From Flavobacteriales bacterium (lineage in GTDB: Bacteria > Bacteroidota > Bacteroidia > Flavobacteriales_D > UBA2798): a stretch of 64,000 nt of DNA. Numbering within the stretch: position 1 is the stretch's first letter; the number at the start of each line of letters is the position of its first letter. Location of the stretch: positions 40,837 to 104,836 of the forward strand of contig JAIBBF010000003.1 in assembly GCA_019694795.1 (NCBI GenBank), given 5' to 3'. This document shows, piece after piece, positions 30,052 to 39,996 of the stretch. The notes under the pieces are model-generated. The model worked only from the letters and a program-made list of their open reading frames with translations, did not search any database and was not told where the DNA came from. The position numbers were made by a program, and so were the translations under genes.

Positions 30052-30092
30052 GATGGCATAGTTTTGGGAATAATCCGGAAAAAATAAAAACC

Positions 30093-30563
30093 ATGAAAAA
30101 TATTTTTACCCTCTTTCTCTTTTTCATTCTTATGAATGCCGGCGCGCAGGTGCCTGGTCAAAAATTAGTCCCTAAAGCAGTGCTTGATCAATTCGCTGTA
30201 GATTTCCCCGGAATTACACCAAAACGGTGGGAAGCAAAAATCGGGAAACAATTTGAAGCGGTGATGATCCACAACAATAAGCCATCCCGCGCACGTTATG
30301 ATGCCAATGGGAAGCATTTATTTACAACCTATCACTGGACAGGCAATACTTGTCCGGATGCGGCAAAAAATGCAATCCTGGCAACGTTCTCCGGCTTTAA
30401 AGTTGATTGGGCTAATGAAGTGATTAATCTTGAAAAGGGGACAGATCGTTTTTTAATTCATCTTTCCAAGCCGGGTCATATTCTTAAGGTATTTGTAAAT
30501 GCCGATGGAAGTGTGGTTACTGATGGAAAAGAAGAAGAATTTAATGATGCCGGAAATAACTAA
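30093..30563 (+). CDS. Small periplasmic protein, PepSY-like
   Basis: Signal peptide and two repeats of the P..V...F...FP......W pattern. Weak assignment. Confidence 0.4.
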   Translation: MKNIFTLFLFFILMNAGAQVPGQKLVPKAVLDQFAVDFPGITPKRWEAKIGKQFEAVMIHNNKPSRARYDANGKHLFTTYHWTGNTCPDAAKNAILATFSGFKVDWANEVINLEKGTDRFLIHLSKPGHILKVFVNADGSVVTDGKEEEFNDAGNN

Positions 30564-30577
30564 CTAAATCTTTAGTT
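30562..30577. repeat. Palindrome AACTAA-atct-TTAGTT (perfect copy)
   Basis: Overlaps the TAA stop at 30561-30563 and ends 3 nt before the hairpin at 30581. Confidence 0.9.
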
Positions 30578-30580
30578 GAT

Positions 30581-30609
30581 AAATGGCGGAATTTATGGTT
30601 CCGCCATTT
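30581..30609. terminator. Hairpin between convergent genes (terminator for the + gene, possibly bidirectional)
   Basis: Stem aaatggcgg/ccgccattt, extendable to 11 bp, followed by a T-rich run on the + strand. It abuts the murI stop codon. Confidence 0.6.
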
Positions 30610-31437
30610 TTATTTCAGATGAATGTGTTTGGATTGAATGGTTGTTCCAAAAAATACAGAACCTTTTTGGTCGAACGATTCCGTATCATCCGTGGTAAAA
30701 AAGGAAAGCGTCCCATTTTTAGAAATCTGACTTTCCAATTCCGGATGCCGGTGAAAGTATTCTTTTAAACTTTGTGCAACTATTTCACCCTGTGAAATCA
30801 ATTCAATGTTTTCCGGTAAATACTTTTTGAAGGTGGAAATCAATAATGGGTAATGCGTACAACCCAAAATTATCGTATCAATATTTTTTTCAGCCGGATT
30901 TAATTCATCGATGTATTTTTTTACAAAGTAATCCGCACCTTCTGATTGGTATTCATTGTTTTCAATAATGGGGACAAGCATCGGACAGGCTTGTTGATAT
31001 ACCTGAATTTCAGGAAAGAATTTATGAATTTCAATGGGGTACGAGCCGCTATTAATCGTGCCTTGAGTGCCAAATACACCCACATTTTTGGTCTTCGAAA
31101 TTTTACCGACCATTTCTGTTGTTGGACGAATAACGCCCAGTACTCGTTTGTTGGGGTCGATTTGCGGCAGATCTTTTTGCTGAATATTTCTTAGTGCTTT
31201 TGCAGATGCAGTGTTACACGCTAAGATGACCAGCGGGCAACCCATATCGAAAAGTTCTTTTACAGATTGCAGTGTGAATTCGTATACCGTTTCAAAAGAG
31301 CGGGGACCATAAGGCGCTCGGGCATTATCGCCAAGGTAAATGAAGTCGTATTGAGGTAATAGCTTATGGATTTCCTTTAATACGGTTAAACCACCATATC
31401 CACTATCGAAAACGCCTATTGCTTTTTTGTAATTCAT
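30610..31437 (-). CDS. murI: Glutamate racemase
   Basis: Motifs DSGYGGLTV, ACNTASA and LGCTHYP. Confidence 0.95.
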   Translation of the reverse strand: MNYKKAIGVFDSGYGGLTVLKEIHKLLPQYDFIYLGDNARAPYGPRSFETVYEFTLQSVKELFDMGCPLVILACNTASAKALRNIQQKDLPQIDPNKRVLGVIRPTTEMVGKISKTKNVGVFGTQGTINSGSYPIEIHKFFPEIQVYQQACPMLVPIIENNEYQSEGADYFVKKYIDELNPAEKNIDTIILGCTHYPLLISTFKKYLPENIELISQGEIVAQSLKEYFHRHPELESQISKNGTLSFFTTDDTESFDQKGSVFFGTTIQSKHIHLK

Positions 31438-31440
31438 TTC

Positions 31441-31466
31441 AAAAAAAAATCCCGCGGGATGCGGGA
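31441..31466 (-). terminator. Intrinsic terminator-like hairpin after skp
   Basis: On the minus strand: stem tcccgc/gcggga with a 5-nt loop, followed by T9. The T-run ends 3 nt before the murI ATG. Confidence 0.6.
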
Positions 31467-31472
31467 CTAAAT

Positions 31473-31976
31473 TTATTGAATTCCGAGATCTTTTTTCACT
31501 AACGGAGTGAGGTCGTTCCCTCCTTCGAGATAAACCATCTGAGAGATGTCGAGCACATAATTAATGCCGTTTGCCTTTGCTATTTTTCCAACAGAGGCTT
31601 TCACTTTTTCAATCATGGGATTAAGCAATTCTCCTTCTTTTTTGCTTAATTCTTCCTGCACATATTCTTCAAACTTCATCATGCGTTGCTGATATTCCAT
31701 GATTTCCTGCTGACGGATCATATCTAATTCACCCTGAAGTTTACCTTCTTTTTTATCGCGTTCGTATTCTGTAACCAAAACATCATATTTTGCCTGCATA
31801 CGCTTCATTTCACCTTCCATTTTGCCTGCAATTTTCTTCAGACTGTCTTCTGCTGTTTTTCGTTCAGGTAATTGCAACATTAGATTTTGAAAATCAACAT
31901 GCCCCACCTTTTGCGCAATAGCAACTCCAATTCCAGACATGAGGAACATGGTAAATAATAGAATGATCTTTTTCAT
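31473..31976 (-). CDS. OmpH/Skp family periplasmic chaperone
   Basis: 167 aa with a signal peptide and a Lys/Glu/Gln-rich coiled-coil core. Position downstream of bamA. Confidence 0.85.
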   Translation of the reverse strand: MKKIILLFTMFLMSGIGVAIAQKVGHVDFQNLMLQLPERKTAEDSLKKIAGKMEGEMKRMQAKYDVLVTEYERDKKEGKLQGELDMIRQQEIMEYQQRMMKFEEYVQEELSKKEGELLNPMIEKVKASVGKIAKANGINYVLDISQMVYLEGGNDLTPLVKKDLGIQ

Positions 31977-31992
31977 ATTGGTTTTTGTAAAA

Positions 31993-32502
31993 TTATAGTC
32001 CTAATTTTTTTAATACAGCTTCTGTTTTGTCAGCTTTAGGGTCTGCATACAAAATGAATGCCGAATTAGCTTTATCGAAAATAAAAGTATATCCCCCGCT
32101 TTCAGCAACTTCTTTAATGGCTTTATAGACTTTTTCCTGAACGGGTTTAATTAATTCCTGACGTTTAGTAAATAAATCTCCCGTAACTCCAAAACGTTGC
32201 TTTTGCAGTTCTTTAACAGAGCGCTCTTTCATCGCAATTTCATCTTCACGTTTTGCTCTTTCCTGATCAGGTAACAGAATTTTTTCTTTTTGGTAGGCCT
32301 GCCACATTTTGTCGATCTCGGCATATTTTGCTTCAATTTCTTTTTGCCATTGTTCCGAAAGATCGTCCAGCTTCTTTTGCGCATCCTGGTACTCGGGCAT
32401 TTTTTCTAAAATCGTTTGTGTATTCACAAAACCGTATTTCTGTGCCTGTACACCTATAGCGCCGAATCCAAGTAATAAGAAAATGAAAAGTATTCGCTTC
32501 AT
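31993..32502 (-). CDS. OmpH/Skp family periplasmic chaperone (second copy)
   Basis: 169 aa with the same architecture. Tandem with the previous gene. Confidence 0.85.
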   Translation of the reverse strand: MKRILFIFLLLGFGAIGVQAQKYGFVNTQTILEKMPEYQDAQKKLDDLSEQWQKEIEAKYAEIDKMWQAYQKEKILLPDQERAKREDEIAMKERSVKELQKQRFGVTGDLFTKRQELIKPVQEKVYKAIKEVAESGGYTFIFDKANSAFILYADPKADKTEAVLKKLGL

Positions 32503-32538
32503 GCTTTGAAAATGATTGTCGAAAATAAGTTTTTTCCT

Positions 32539-35046
32539 TTATAATTCACCAAGATTCATGCCAATGGTAAAGAAGAATTGTCCTGAACCAGGTCTAAAGC
32601 TCGGGTCGCGATCCACTTTATCAAAGCCCCATCCGTAATCCAGACCAAGTAATCCGAACATCGGCAGGTAAATCCTTACCCCAACACCGGCTGCCCGTTT
32701 AACGTTGAATGGATCAAAATCCTTGATTTTTTGCCAGGTATTTCCGGCCTCCGCAAAACCGAGCATGTAAACAGTAGCATTCGGATTTAAGGATAATGGA
32801 TAGCGTAATTCAAGGACGTATTTTGCAATCATCATGTCACCTACCGACTGAGAAACAATTCCGTCTGAATAACCACGCAGTGCAATGATTTCTTGTCCGA
32901 AAATAAAATTCATACCGGATAATCCACTACCACCTAATTTGAATCGTTCAAAAGGTGAGTCGCCCACTTTTTTGTTCCATGGTAGCAGGAATCCAAAACC
33001 GGTCCGCGCATTAAGCACCAGTTTCTTTTTCTTATCCAGCGAAATAAAATGAGATGTGGTGAATTTCCATTTATTGAACTCCAGCCATTTGTAACGCTCC
33101 TGATCGGTAACGGTGGAATAGTCTTTTCCGTTGAAAAAAGAATATGGTGGAGTAAACTTACCGGTAAATGTAATGGTTGAACCTTGACGTGGATAGAGTG
33201 GTTGGTCAACCGAATTTCTGGATAAGGTAAACCGGGCTGCAAAGTTGTTTACATATCCATCGGTAAAGGTGAATACACCCTGGTAATTTTTTAAATCGTA
33301 ATACTGGTAACTCGGGGCTTCCAGATAAACGCTAAAGTAATCGTCGGGCCATTTAAGGCGTTTACCAAAACCTACGGAAGCTCCTGTAATCATTAACCGT
33401 TGTTTTTCCGGATCACTTCGTTTTAAATTATCGCGAGATGAATAGGTATGGTATACGTTTACCGATAGGGAATTAGGTTTTTTCCCTCCCAGCCAGGGCT
33501 CTGTAAAGCTGAAGTTGTAACCTTGGTAATAGGTACCGGTCGACTGCGCACGAACACTGAGTTGTTGACCATCACCTGCCGGTAAGGGTTGCCAGGCACC
33601 TTTTTTGAACAGCTTTTTAATCGAGAAGTTATTAAACGATAATCCTAATGTTCCGATTACACGGCCAGCTCCCCAACCGCCTGAAAGTTCAACCTGATCG
33701 GAAGGACGTTCCTCTACGGTGTATTCAATATCTACGGTTCCGTCATAGGGATTAGGAACAGGATTTACTCCAAATTTTTCCGGATCAAAATAACCGAGCT
33801 GAGATAATTCACGTTGAGTACGAATGATATCATTTCTCGAAAATAATTCACCTGGTTTGGTTCTTATTTCGCGGCGAATAACATGATCGTTGGTTTTGGT
33901 ATTGCCTTTTATGGTAATGTTTCTCACACGCGCCTGTTTTCCTTCTACAATCCGCATTTCGAAATCGATCGAATCATTTTCTACGCGAATTTCAACCGGT
34001 GTAACAGAGAAAAATAAAAATCCATTGTCCATGTACAAGGATGAAATATCATTGCCGTTGGCCGACATAAACAATCGTGATTCTAAAACGGATTGATTGT
34101 AGATATCTCCTTTTTTAATTCCGAGTAGAGTGTCAAGATAGCCCGTTCGGTATTGTGAATTGCCCACCCAGGTGATGTTTCGGAAATAGTATTTTTTCCC
34201 TTCGTTTACGGTTAATTTTATTCCTATATGTCCCGGGTCTATTTTATAAATAGAGTCCGAAACAATGTAGGCGTCACGGTATCCTTTATCGTTTAATTTA
34301 GCTATGACCTTGTCTTTTTCACCACGTAAATTTGACTCCACATATTTCGATACTTTCCAAAATCTCCACCAGTGTTCTTCCTTGGTATCTTTTAAAAGGC
34401 CCTTCACTTTTCTGTCACTGAGTGATTCATTTCCTTCTACCAAAATTTCTTTGATTTTAACTTTAGGACCTTTATTTACACGGATAACCAGAACCACTGC
34501 ATTATTTAATTTTTGGGTATCTCTTACTTCGGTAATGTCAACCGTGGCATTAAGATGTCCCTTTTCCTTAAAATAGGCGACTACGGTATTTTTAGTAGTA
34601 GAAAGAAGATTGTCCGTTACAATTCTTCCGGCATAGAGATCAAGATTTTCTTTTACTTTCTCCCACTCACTTTTTTTGATTCCTACCGGTTTGTATCCTG
34701 CTAATCGCGGACGTTCTTTTACGCGGATATCCAGGAAAATTTTATCACCCCGAATTTGAGTTGCATCAATGGCAACATCGGAAAATAATTTTTGATCCCA
34801 GAGTTTTTTTATCGCTTTGGTAATATCATCGCCAGGCACTTTTATTTTCTGACCGCGTTCTAATTCCGATAAAAGAATGATAGCCTTTTCTTCAAAGTGA
34901 AATGCACCGGTAACGGTGATGTTCTCAATAATATATTCCTTGGGGTTTCCATAATCAATTTCGTTTCCACCCAAAGGCAATACTTGTCCGAAAGAAACAA
35001 TCGGCAAAGCAATTAGTACAATTAAAAGGAATAGTTTATTCCGCAT
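32539..35046 (-). CDS. bamA: Outer membrane protein assembly factor BamA
   Basis: Start chosen at ATG 35046 (MRNKLFLLIVLIALPIVSFGQ). The longer ORF to 35217 overlaps uppS. POTRA repeats and an Omp85 barrel ending FFFTIGMNLGEL. Confidence 0.92.
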   Translation of the reverse strand: MRNKLFLLIVLIALPIVSFGQVLPLGGNEIDYGNPKEYIIENITVTGAFHFEEKAIILLSELERGQKIKVPGDDITKAIKKLWDQKLFSDVAIDATQIRGDKIFLDIRVKERPRLAGYKPVGIKKSEWEKVKENLDLYAGRIVTDNLLSTTKNTVVAYFKEKGHLNATVDITEVRDTQKLNNAVVLVIRVNKGPKVKIKEILVEGNESLSDRKVKGLLKDTKEEHWWRFWKVSKYVESNLRGEKDKVIAKLNDKGYRDAYIVSDSIYKIDPGHIGIKLTVNEGKKYYFRNITWVGNSQYRTGYLDTLLGIKKGDIYNQSVLESRLFMSANGNDISSLYMDNGFLFFSVTPVEIRVENDSIDFEMRIVEGKQARVRNITIKGNTKTNDHVIRREIRTKPGELFSRNDIIRTQRELSQLGYFDPEKFGVNPVPNPYDGTVDIEYTVEERPSDQVELSGGWGAGRVIGTLGLSFNNFSIKKLFKKGAWQPLPAGDGQQLSVRAQSTGTYYQGYNFSFTEPWLGGKKPNSLSVNVYHTYSSRDNLKRSDPEKQRLMITGASVGFGKRLKWPDDYFSVYLEAPSYQYYDLKNYQGVFTFTDGYVNNFAARFTLSRNSVDQPLYPRQGSTITFTGKFTPPYSFFNGKDYSTVTDQERYKWLEFNKWKFTTSHFISLDKKKKLVLNARTGFGFLLPWNKKVGDSPFERFKLGGSGLSGMNFIFGQEIIALRGYSDGIVSQSVGDMMIAKYVLELRYPLSLNPNATVYMLGFAEAGNTWQKIKDFDPFNVKRAAGVGVRIYLPMFGLLGLDYGWGFDKVDRDPSFRPGSGQFFFTIGMNLGEL

Positions 35047-35788
35047 CAGATTTAAGTTGTTCACTAACCATACCGAATCGGCGTTCTCTGCGCTGGTATT
35101 CGGAAATTGCTTCAAAAAAGTTTTCTTTTTTAAAATCGGGCCAGAATGTTTTTGTAAAATAAAATTCAGTGTAGGCACACTGCCATAATAGAAAATTACT
35201 GATTCTGTTTTCACCACTGGTGCGAATTAATAATTCAGGATCAGGAATAGCCGAGGTGTTTAAATACGATGCAATGGATTGCTCACTAATGTCATCCGGA
35301 TTTATTTTTCCGGACTTAACATCCTCTGCAATTTTTTTGCAAGCATTTACAATTTCCCAGCGGGAACTGTAGCTAAGTGCTAAAACTAAATTTATAGTTG
35401 AATTGTGCGAAGTTTTTCGAATCGCTTCTTTTAATGCCGAATTGCAGGAGGCCGGTAAATTTTCTATATCACCGATGGCCTGCAAGCGTACTCCATTTTC
35501 ATTCAGCGTGTCAATTTCCTGAGCAATGGTATTTACCAATAAATCCATTAAGGCATCCACTTCAGCTTTGGGTCGATTCCAATTTTCAGTAGAGAACGCA
35601 TATAAGGTCAGGTATTTTACCCCCAATTCTGTGGCTGCAGTTAGCGTTTCCCGAACAGATTCAACACCGCTGATGTGACCTACAATCCGTTGTTCGCCCT
35701 TTTGCTTGGCCCAACGTCCATTGCCGTCCATTATAACTGCCACATGCACAGGCACTTTACTTAAATCTATTTGGTCTTTAAAACTCAT
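35036..35788 (-). CDS. uppS: Isoprenyl transferase (undecaprenyl diphosphate synthase)
   Basis: Motifs VAVIMDGNGRWA and RTSGENRISNFLLWQ. Confidence 0.95.
   Translation of the reverse strand: MSFKDQIDLSKVPVHVAVIMDGNGRWAKQKGEQRIVGHISGVESVRETLTAATELGVKYLTLYAFSTENWNRPKAEVDALMDLLVNTIAQEIDTLNENGVRLQAIGDIENLPASCNSALKEAIRKTSHNSTINLVLALSYSSRWEIVNACKKIAEDVKSGKINPDDISEQSIASYLNTSAIPDPELLIRTSGENRISNFLLWQCAYTEFYFTKTFWPDFKKENFFEAISEYQRRERRFGMVSEQLKSDAE
35384..35399. repeat. Palindrome AACTAA-attt-ATAGTT (one mismatch, inside uppS)
   Basis: Read directly from the sequence. This is the only copy located deep within a coding region. Confidence 0.6.
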
Positions 35789-35897
35789 TTATGGTTGACA
35801 TAAAGCGTGCAAATATCCACATTATTGTCCTTATATGGAAAAATTAAGATTAATTGGGTAAAATAGAGAGGTGGGGGATGTTTTGCCAAAAGGAAAA

Positions 35898-36734
35898 TCA
35901 GTTTCGTTTGCTACTGAAACTATAGCATTTATTGGTTTTTCCAAGGCGTACACTGATGCTACCCCCCAGGTAAGCATACCAGTCTTTGTTATTAGGATTT
36001 CCCCGCAAGGTCCCGCTTAATGAGCGACCATCCGAAGATTGATTGGCAAAATGTGCAGAAAGGGGACCGTTTTCCCTGGCCAAATCGGTGGGATCTACAT
36101 AATAGCCCGATACATCATCCAGGTAATCCGTAAAGGTTTTCCGTATTCCGTATTCTAAACCAATACAAATTCGCTTGCTGATGTTTCCCTTCATCCCAAT
36201 TCCAAAGGGAATGGATAGTTGATTGAGGGAATATTCTTTTTTGCTGTTTAAACTGGAGCCTTGTCCTTCGGTCCCCAGCGACTGCAGGTCCACCCAATTG
36301 TCATTGAGTTTTCCCTGTGGATTCATGTTAAAATACATGAGCCCGGTAAAGAGATATAAAGTAGCAGATTCATCGGTGATGTTCCCCAATGAAAATTTTA
36401 CAAAAGTCATTTCTACGATGGGACCAATTTCAATAATTCTGGATCTGAAACTCAGGTTGCGGGAAGCAAGATTAGGATTACTGGATAATGAATCTGCGCC
36501 ACTTACCATTCCGTAGGTAGCAGAAAGTCTCCATGCAAAACGACGATTTAAATTGTTGCGAAGAAATATTCCACCAGACGCATGGAGTTGATTAAAGTGT
36601 TTATACGGATTCAAATCCCCAATATAATAACTCCCACCTCCGGTGATGCCAATTTCATACTGTGCCAAACTCGTTCCATAGGAAAGAGAAAGGAGTAAAA
36701 TTGAAACCCAGATGCTGAATGTTTTTTTCATCAA
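35898..36734 (-). CDS. DUF6089-like outer-membrane beta-barrel protein
   Basis: Signal peptide. YEIGITGGGSYYIGDLNP opening and an FTDYLDDVSGYYVDP block shared with the next gene. Confidence 0.65.
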   Translation of the reverse strand: MMKKTFSIWVSILLLSLSYGTSLAQYEIGITGGGSYYIGDLNPYKHFNQLHASGGIFLRNNLNRRFAWRLSATYGMVSGADSLSSNPNLASRNLSFRSRIIEIGPIVEMTFVKFSLGNITDESATLYLFTGLMYFNMNPQGKLNDNWVDLQSLGTEGQGSSLNSKKEYSLNQLSIPFGIGMKGNISKRICIGLEYGIRKTFTDYLDDVSGYYVDPTDLARENGPLSAHFANQSSDGRSLSGTLRGNPNNKDWYAYLGGSISVRLGKTNKCYSFSSKRN

Positions 36735-37666
36735 AACTTCGGAAGAACAAATTTTCCTTTCAGGAAACGATAGTTAATGGAAAATATTGCGAACATGTAC
36801 GAATCATTATCGCTTCGGTCACCACGTTGGTATCCGGGACGCGTAGGATCTCCACCAGAGTAGGAAAGTAAGGTGGGATCGTGTTTACTGGGGTCGGCAA
36901 AATAAGCGGCAACGGCTCCCTGATTGGCTAATATTGTTGCATTATCAAAATAAACTCCGCTTACATCATCAATATAATCCGTAAAGGTTAACCTTCCAGA
37001 TACTTGAAATCCAATACTGATGTGCTTATTCATAGCATAATTCAATCCAATGCCAATCGGCAGGCAGATTCCCAATCGCTTATATTTAGCTGGTCCACCT
37101 GGTTGATTTTGACCTTCGGTTCCAAGTTGTTGAAGGGAATAGTATTTGCCGTCTACTGGATATTTAGCCCTTGGATTAAAATAAAAAGCAGCAACACCTC
37201 CGGTGATGTAGGGACTATAATAACTCCAGTTTTTTCCTTTTGCACCTCTAAGGCGGTACATGTGACCAATTTTTTCGCCAAAAGGATATACTTCTAATTG
37301 AAGTCCGAATTCAACAATCGGAGATCGGAAGGATAAATTTCTATTGTTCCGGAATGGTTCAGTGGTTAATGCATCATCACCTTTTAACCTTCCGTATAAC
37401 AGATGAGACTTTGCTTTTAGTGTGGGAATAATTTTATAGGCATAATCGATTTCCACAGAGGGCCTGGTCATGGAAAATTCAAGATCCTTAATACCGTTTG
37501 TACCTATCGCATTGGCTCCACCAAGTTCTCCGAGAAAATTCGAAGCGCCTACACCGATTCTTACCTCGTGACGGTAAAATTTCCAGCTCTGTCCTTTACC
37601 GATAAAGGAAGTGCTCAATAAAATCAGTATTGCAAGTAGTCTTTTCAAGATGTATAAGCGACCCAA
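36731..37666 (-). CDS. DUF6089-like outer-membrane beta-barrel protein (paralog)
   Basis: FTDYIDDVSGVYFDN and LQQLGTEGQ blocks are shared with 35898-36734. ATGA-type 4-nt overlap with that gene. Only TTG starts are available (37666 or 37648), so the start is uncertain. Confidence 0.6.
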   Translation of the reverse strand: MGRLYILKRLLAILILLSTSFIGKGQSWKFYRHEVRIGVGASNFLGELGGANAIGTNGIKDLEFSMTRPSVEIDYAYKIIPTLKAKSHLLYGRLKGDDALTTEPFRNNRNLSFRSPIVEFGLQLEVYPFGEKIGHMYRLRGAKGKNWSYYSPYITGGVAAFYFNPRAKYPVDGKYYSLQQLGTEGQNQPGGPAKYKRLGICLPIGIGLNYAMNKHISIGFQVSGRLTFTDYIDDVSGVYFDNATILANQGAVAAYFADPSKHDPTLLSYSGGDPTRPGYQRGDRSDNDSYMFAIFSINYRFLKGKFVLPKF

Positions 37667-37715
37667 ATATAATAAAAATGAGTAATTTAAGGAAAGGAAG
37701 AAGGTTAAGGGACTA

Positions 37716-38594
37716 TTAGTTACGCTTATCGATCCCCCACATCAGTTTATTTCGAATTGTTCCGAAGAAATTCTGTTCACTTAACTGTATGAGCTTGATC
37801 TTAAATTCCGCTTTTGTGATGATGATTTCATCTTCACTGTCAACATTGTAGGAGCGGGAATCGAGGGTAGCTAAAAAATGCTTGGACCGGCCCTCAACTT
37901 TTAAACGGATTTCTGAGCTATCGGAAACAATTACGGGACGTACATTCAGGTTATGGGGGGCAATTGGCGTAATCACAAAATTATCTGAACCTGGAGTTAC
38001 TATGGGACCTCCGCAGCTTAGCGAATACGCAGTAGAGCCCGTGGGTGTTGCTATAATCAATCCATCTGCCCAATAGGAGTTTAAAAACATATCGTCGATG
38101 TAGGTATGGATGGTAATCATTGAGCTGGAATCCTTGCGATGTAGGGTAAGTTCATTCAGCGCAAAAGCATGTTTTCCAAATACATTTTTGGTGGTATCCA
38201 CATGGAGTAAAGCACGTTTTTCAATGCGGAATTCTTTTTCAAAAAGAGAGGTTATGGCCCGCTCTATATCCTCTTTGGAGATGTTTGAAAGAAAACCTAA
38301 CCGCCCTGTATTTATTCCTAAAATCGGAATCCCTGAATCCTTAACAATTGAAACGCAATCCAAAATAGACCCATCGCCTCCAATGGAAATCAGGCAATCC
38401 ACCTTGTTTTTTATTTCAGTATGCTTGGTAAAAAGTTTGATGTCGCTTTTTACGTTTACGCGGGGACGTAAATAGGAATTGAATGCTTCGAAGACGTATA
38501 GCTGCGTTTTTCTCTTACCCAATTCATCAAAAAGAAATTGAATAGGAGCAATAAAATTGTCGTTGAATGAACGCCCGTATATGGCAATGTTCAT
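37716..38594 (-). CDS. nadK: NAD kinase
   Basis: GGDGSILD motif, an NTGRLGFL-type motif and TPTGSTAYSLS. Confidence 0.93.
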   Translation of the reverse strand: MNIAIYGRSFNDNFIAPIQFLFDELGKRKTQLYVFEAFNSYLRPRVNVKSDIKLFTKHTEIKNKVDCLISIGGDGSILDCVSIVKDSGIPILGINTGRLGFLSNISKEDIERAITSLFEKEFRIEKRALLHVDTTKNVFGKHAFALNELTLHRKDSSSMITIHTYIDDMFLNSYWADGLIIATPTGSTAYSLSCGGPIVTPGSDNFVITPIAPHNLNVRPVIVSDSSEIRLKVEGRSKHFLATLDSRSYNVDSEDEIIITKAEFKIKLIQLSEQNFFGTIRNKLMWGIDKRN

Positions 38595-38595
38595 G

Positions 38596-39993
38596 TTAAA
38601 TCGGTTTGATGAAGTGTAGAAAGAAGCCGTGCTCCAATTCTTTATTTAAAGAATACTCAAATCTAATAACTTTATCGTAAAAGCTAACAAAATCGAGACC
38701 TAATCCGGTGCCGTATAAAAGATTATTGGAAAGTGGATTCACAGCATAATACCGTTTATCTACCACATACCCGGCATCGATATACAGATTCAGATAAAAA
38801 GCATAATGAACTTTTGCAAAATTGGTGTTTTTAAGCATTTCAATGTCGTGCTCTTTCGGACCAAAAATCCTGTATTTAAAATTGGATTTAAAGAGACCAA
38901 AATGCTGACCATCGATAACGTAGTATTCGTATCCCCTGATGTAATTGGTATAACCTAATCCTTCCTGGAAAAAATAAGGCAAATCCTTGGTTGGAGTTGT
39001 TTTCACTTTGAATTGAGAAGCAAAAAACAGATGTTCGGCCAATTGGAAAAAATCATTCCGGGTTAGCGTCAGGTGTAAAACATTTGGACTATGAATCCCA
39101 ATATTTGCGATGCCTTGTTTTACAAGATCAACCTGTGTATAATGTCCGGTTAAGGGATAACCTTTATTGTCGCGTTTATCAAATTTAAAAGTGTAATAAA
39201 GTGCCAGATATTTCATCTCGGTACTATTGTCTTGCAAATAATTATTCACCTGATGGGTGATGGTATCCAAAATCCGGGTATGGTTAAAACGCAATTCTGC
39301 ATTGTTCATGGAATAGAATTTTCCCCTGAACGAAAGATTCAAACGCAAGGATAATTCATCTCTCGAATTGCCGGTTATTCCTGTATAAAAAAGTCGCTTA
39401 TTATTAAACGTTCCTACGGTAATCTCATTGTTCTGAACATAACTGGCCCAAATGCCACCACCTAAATTCTGTTTTTTGGTGAGGTAGGGAATACGATATG
39501 TAGCAGCAAATTCTTTTGAATAGCCAAGCTGAATTTTTGCACCAAGATCTTCATTTCGGCCCCGGAAATTTTTCTTAAGTACTACAAGACCGTAATTGGT
39601 TCGGGAGAAATCCTTATTTAACCACCAGGTATTAAAGTTGGGATCGGCAAATTGAAAAACAGGAATGGGCCATAGGTAAAATCGTTCTTTTAAATGGACA
39701 ATAATATCTGTATAAACAGAATCCACCGGATAGGAAACAATATCTACATAATTAAAAAGAAGTGTGTTTACCAGGTTCGATTTTGAACGTGATAAAACAG
39801 CATTAAAGTTGTTTTTTGAGATGGTATCTCCACTTTGAAATGTAAGTTCCCGTAGAATAATAGACTCTTGCGTTTTCCGGTTTCCAGCAATGGAAACGCG
39901 TGCAATTACGGTGTAATCGGAATTTTGCGCAAAGCTTACATCCTGTAAAAGTGCTGCTGTTATACTCAGCAAAATAAGCAGCGCTTTTGGCAT
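38596..39993 (-). CDS. Omp85-family protein with a single POTRA-like domain (BamA/TamA-like)
   Basis: Signal peptide. POTRA pattern (VSIAGNRKTQESIILRELTFQSGDTIS). C-terminal barrel with a GLGLDF...RFEYS motif. Confidence 0.65.
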   Translation of the reverse strand: MPKALLILLSITAALLQDVSFAQNSDYTVIARVSIAGNRKTQESIILRELTFQSGDTISKNNFNAVLSRSKSNLVNTLLFNYVDIVSYPVDSVYTDIIVHLKERFYLWPIPVFQFADPNFNTWWLNKDFSRTNYGLVVLKKNFRGRNEDLGAKIQLGYSKEFAATYRIPYLTKKQNLGGGIWASYVQNNEITVGTFNNKRLFYTGITGNSRDELSLRLNLSFRGKFYSMNNAELRFNHTRILDTITHQVNNYLQDNSTEMKYLALYYTFKFDKRDNKGYPLTGHYTQVDLVKQGIANIGIHSPNVLHLTLTRNDFFQLAEHLFFASQFKVKTTPTKDLPYFFQEGLGYTNYIRGYEYYVIDGQHFGLFKSNFKYRIFGPKEHDIEMLKNTNFAKVHYAFYLNLYIDAGYVVDKRYYAVNPLSNNLLYGTGLGLDFVSFYDKVIRFEYSLNKELEHGFFLHFIKPI

Positions 39994-39996
39994 TAT

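Noticed and set aside
35047-35217. 57-aa N-terminal extension of the BamA ORF overlapping uppS by ~180 nt
   Set aside because: The internal ATG at 35046 gives a canonical signal peptide (MRNKLFLLIVLIALPIVSFGQ) and only an 11-nt overlap. The extension has no signal-like features.
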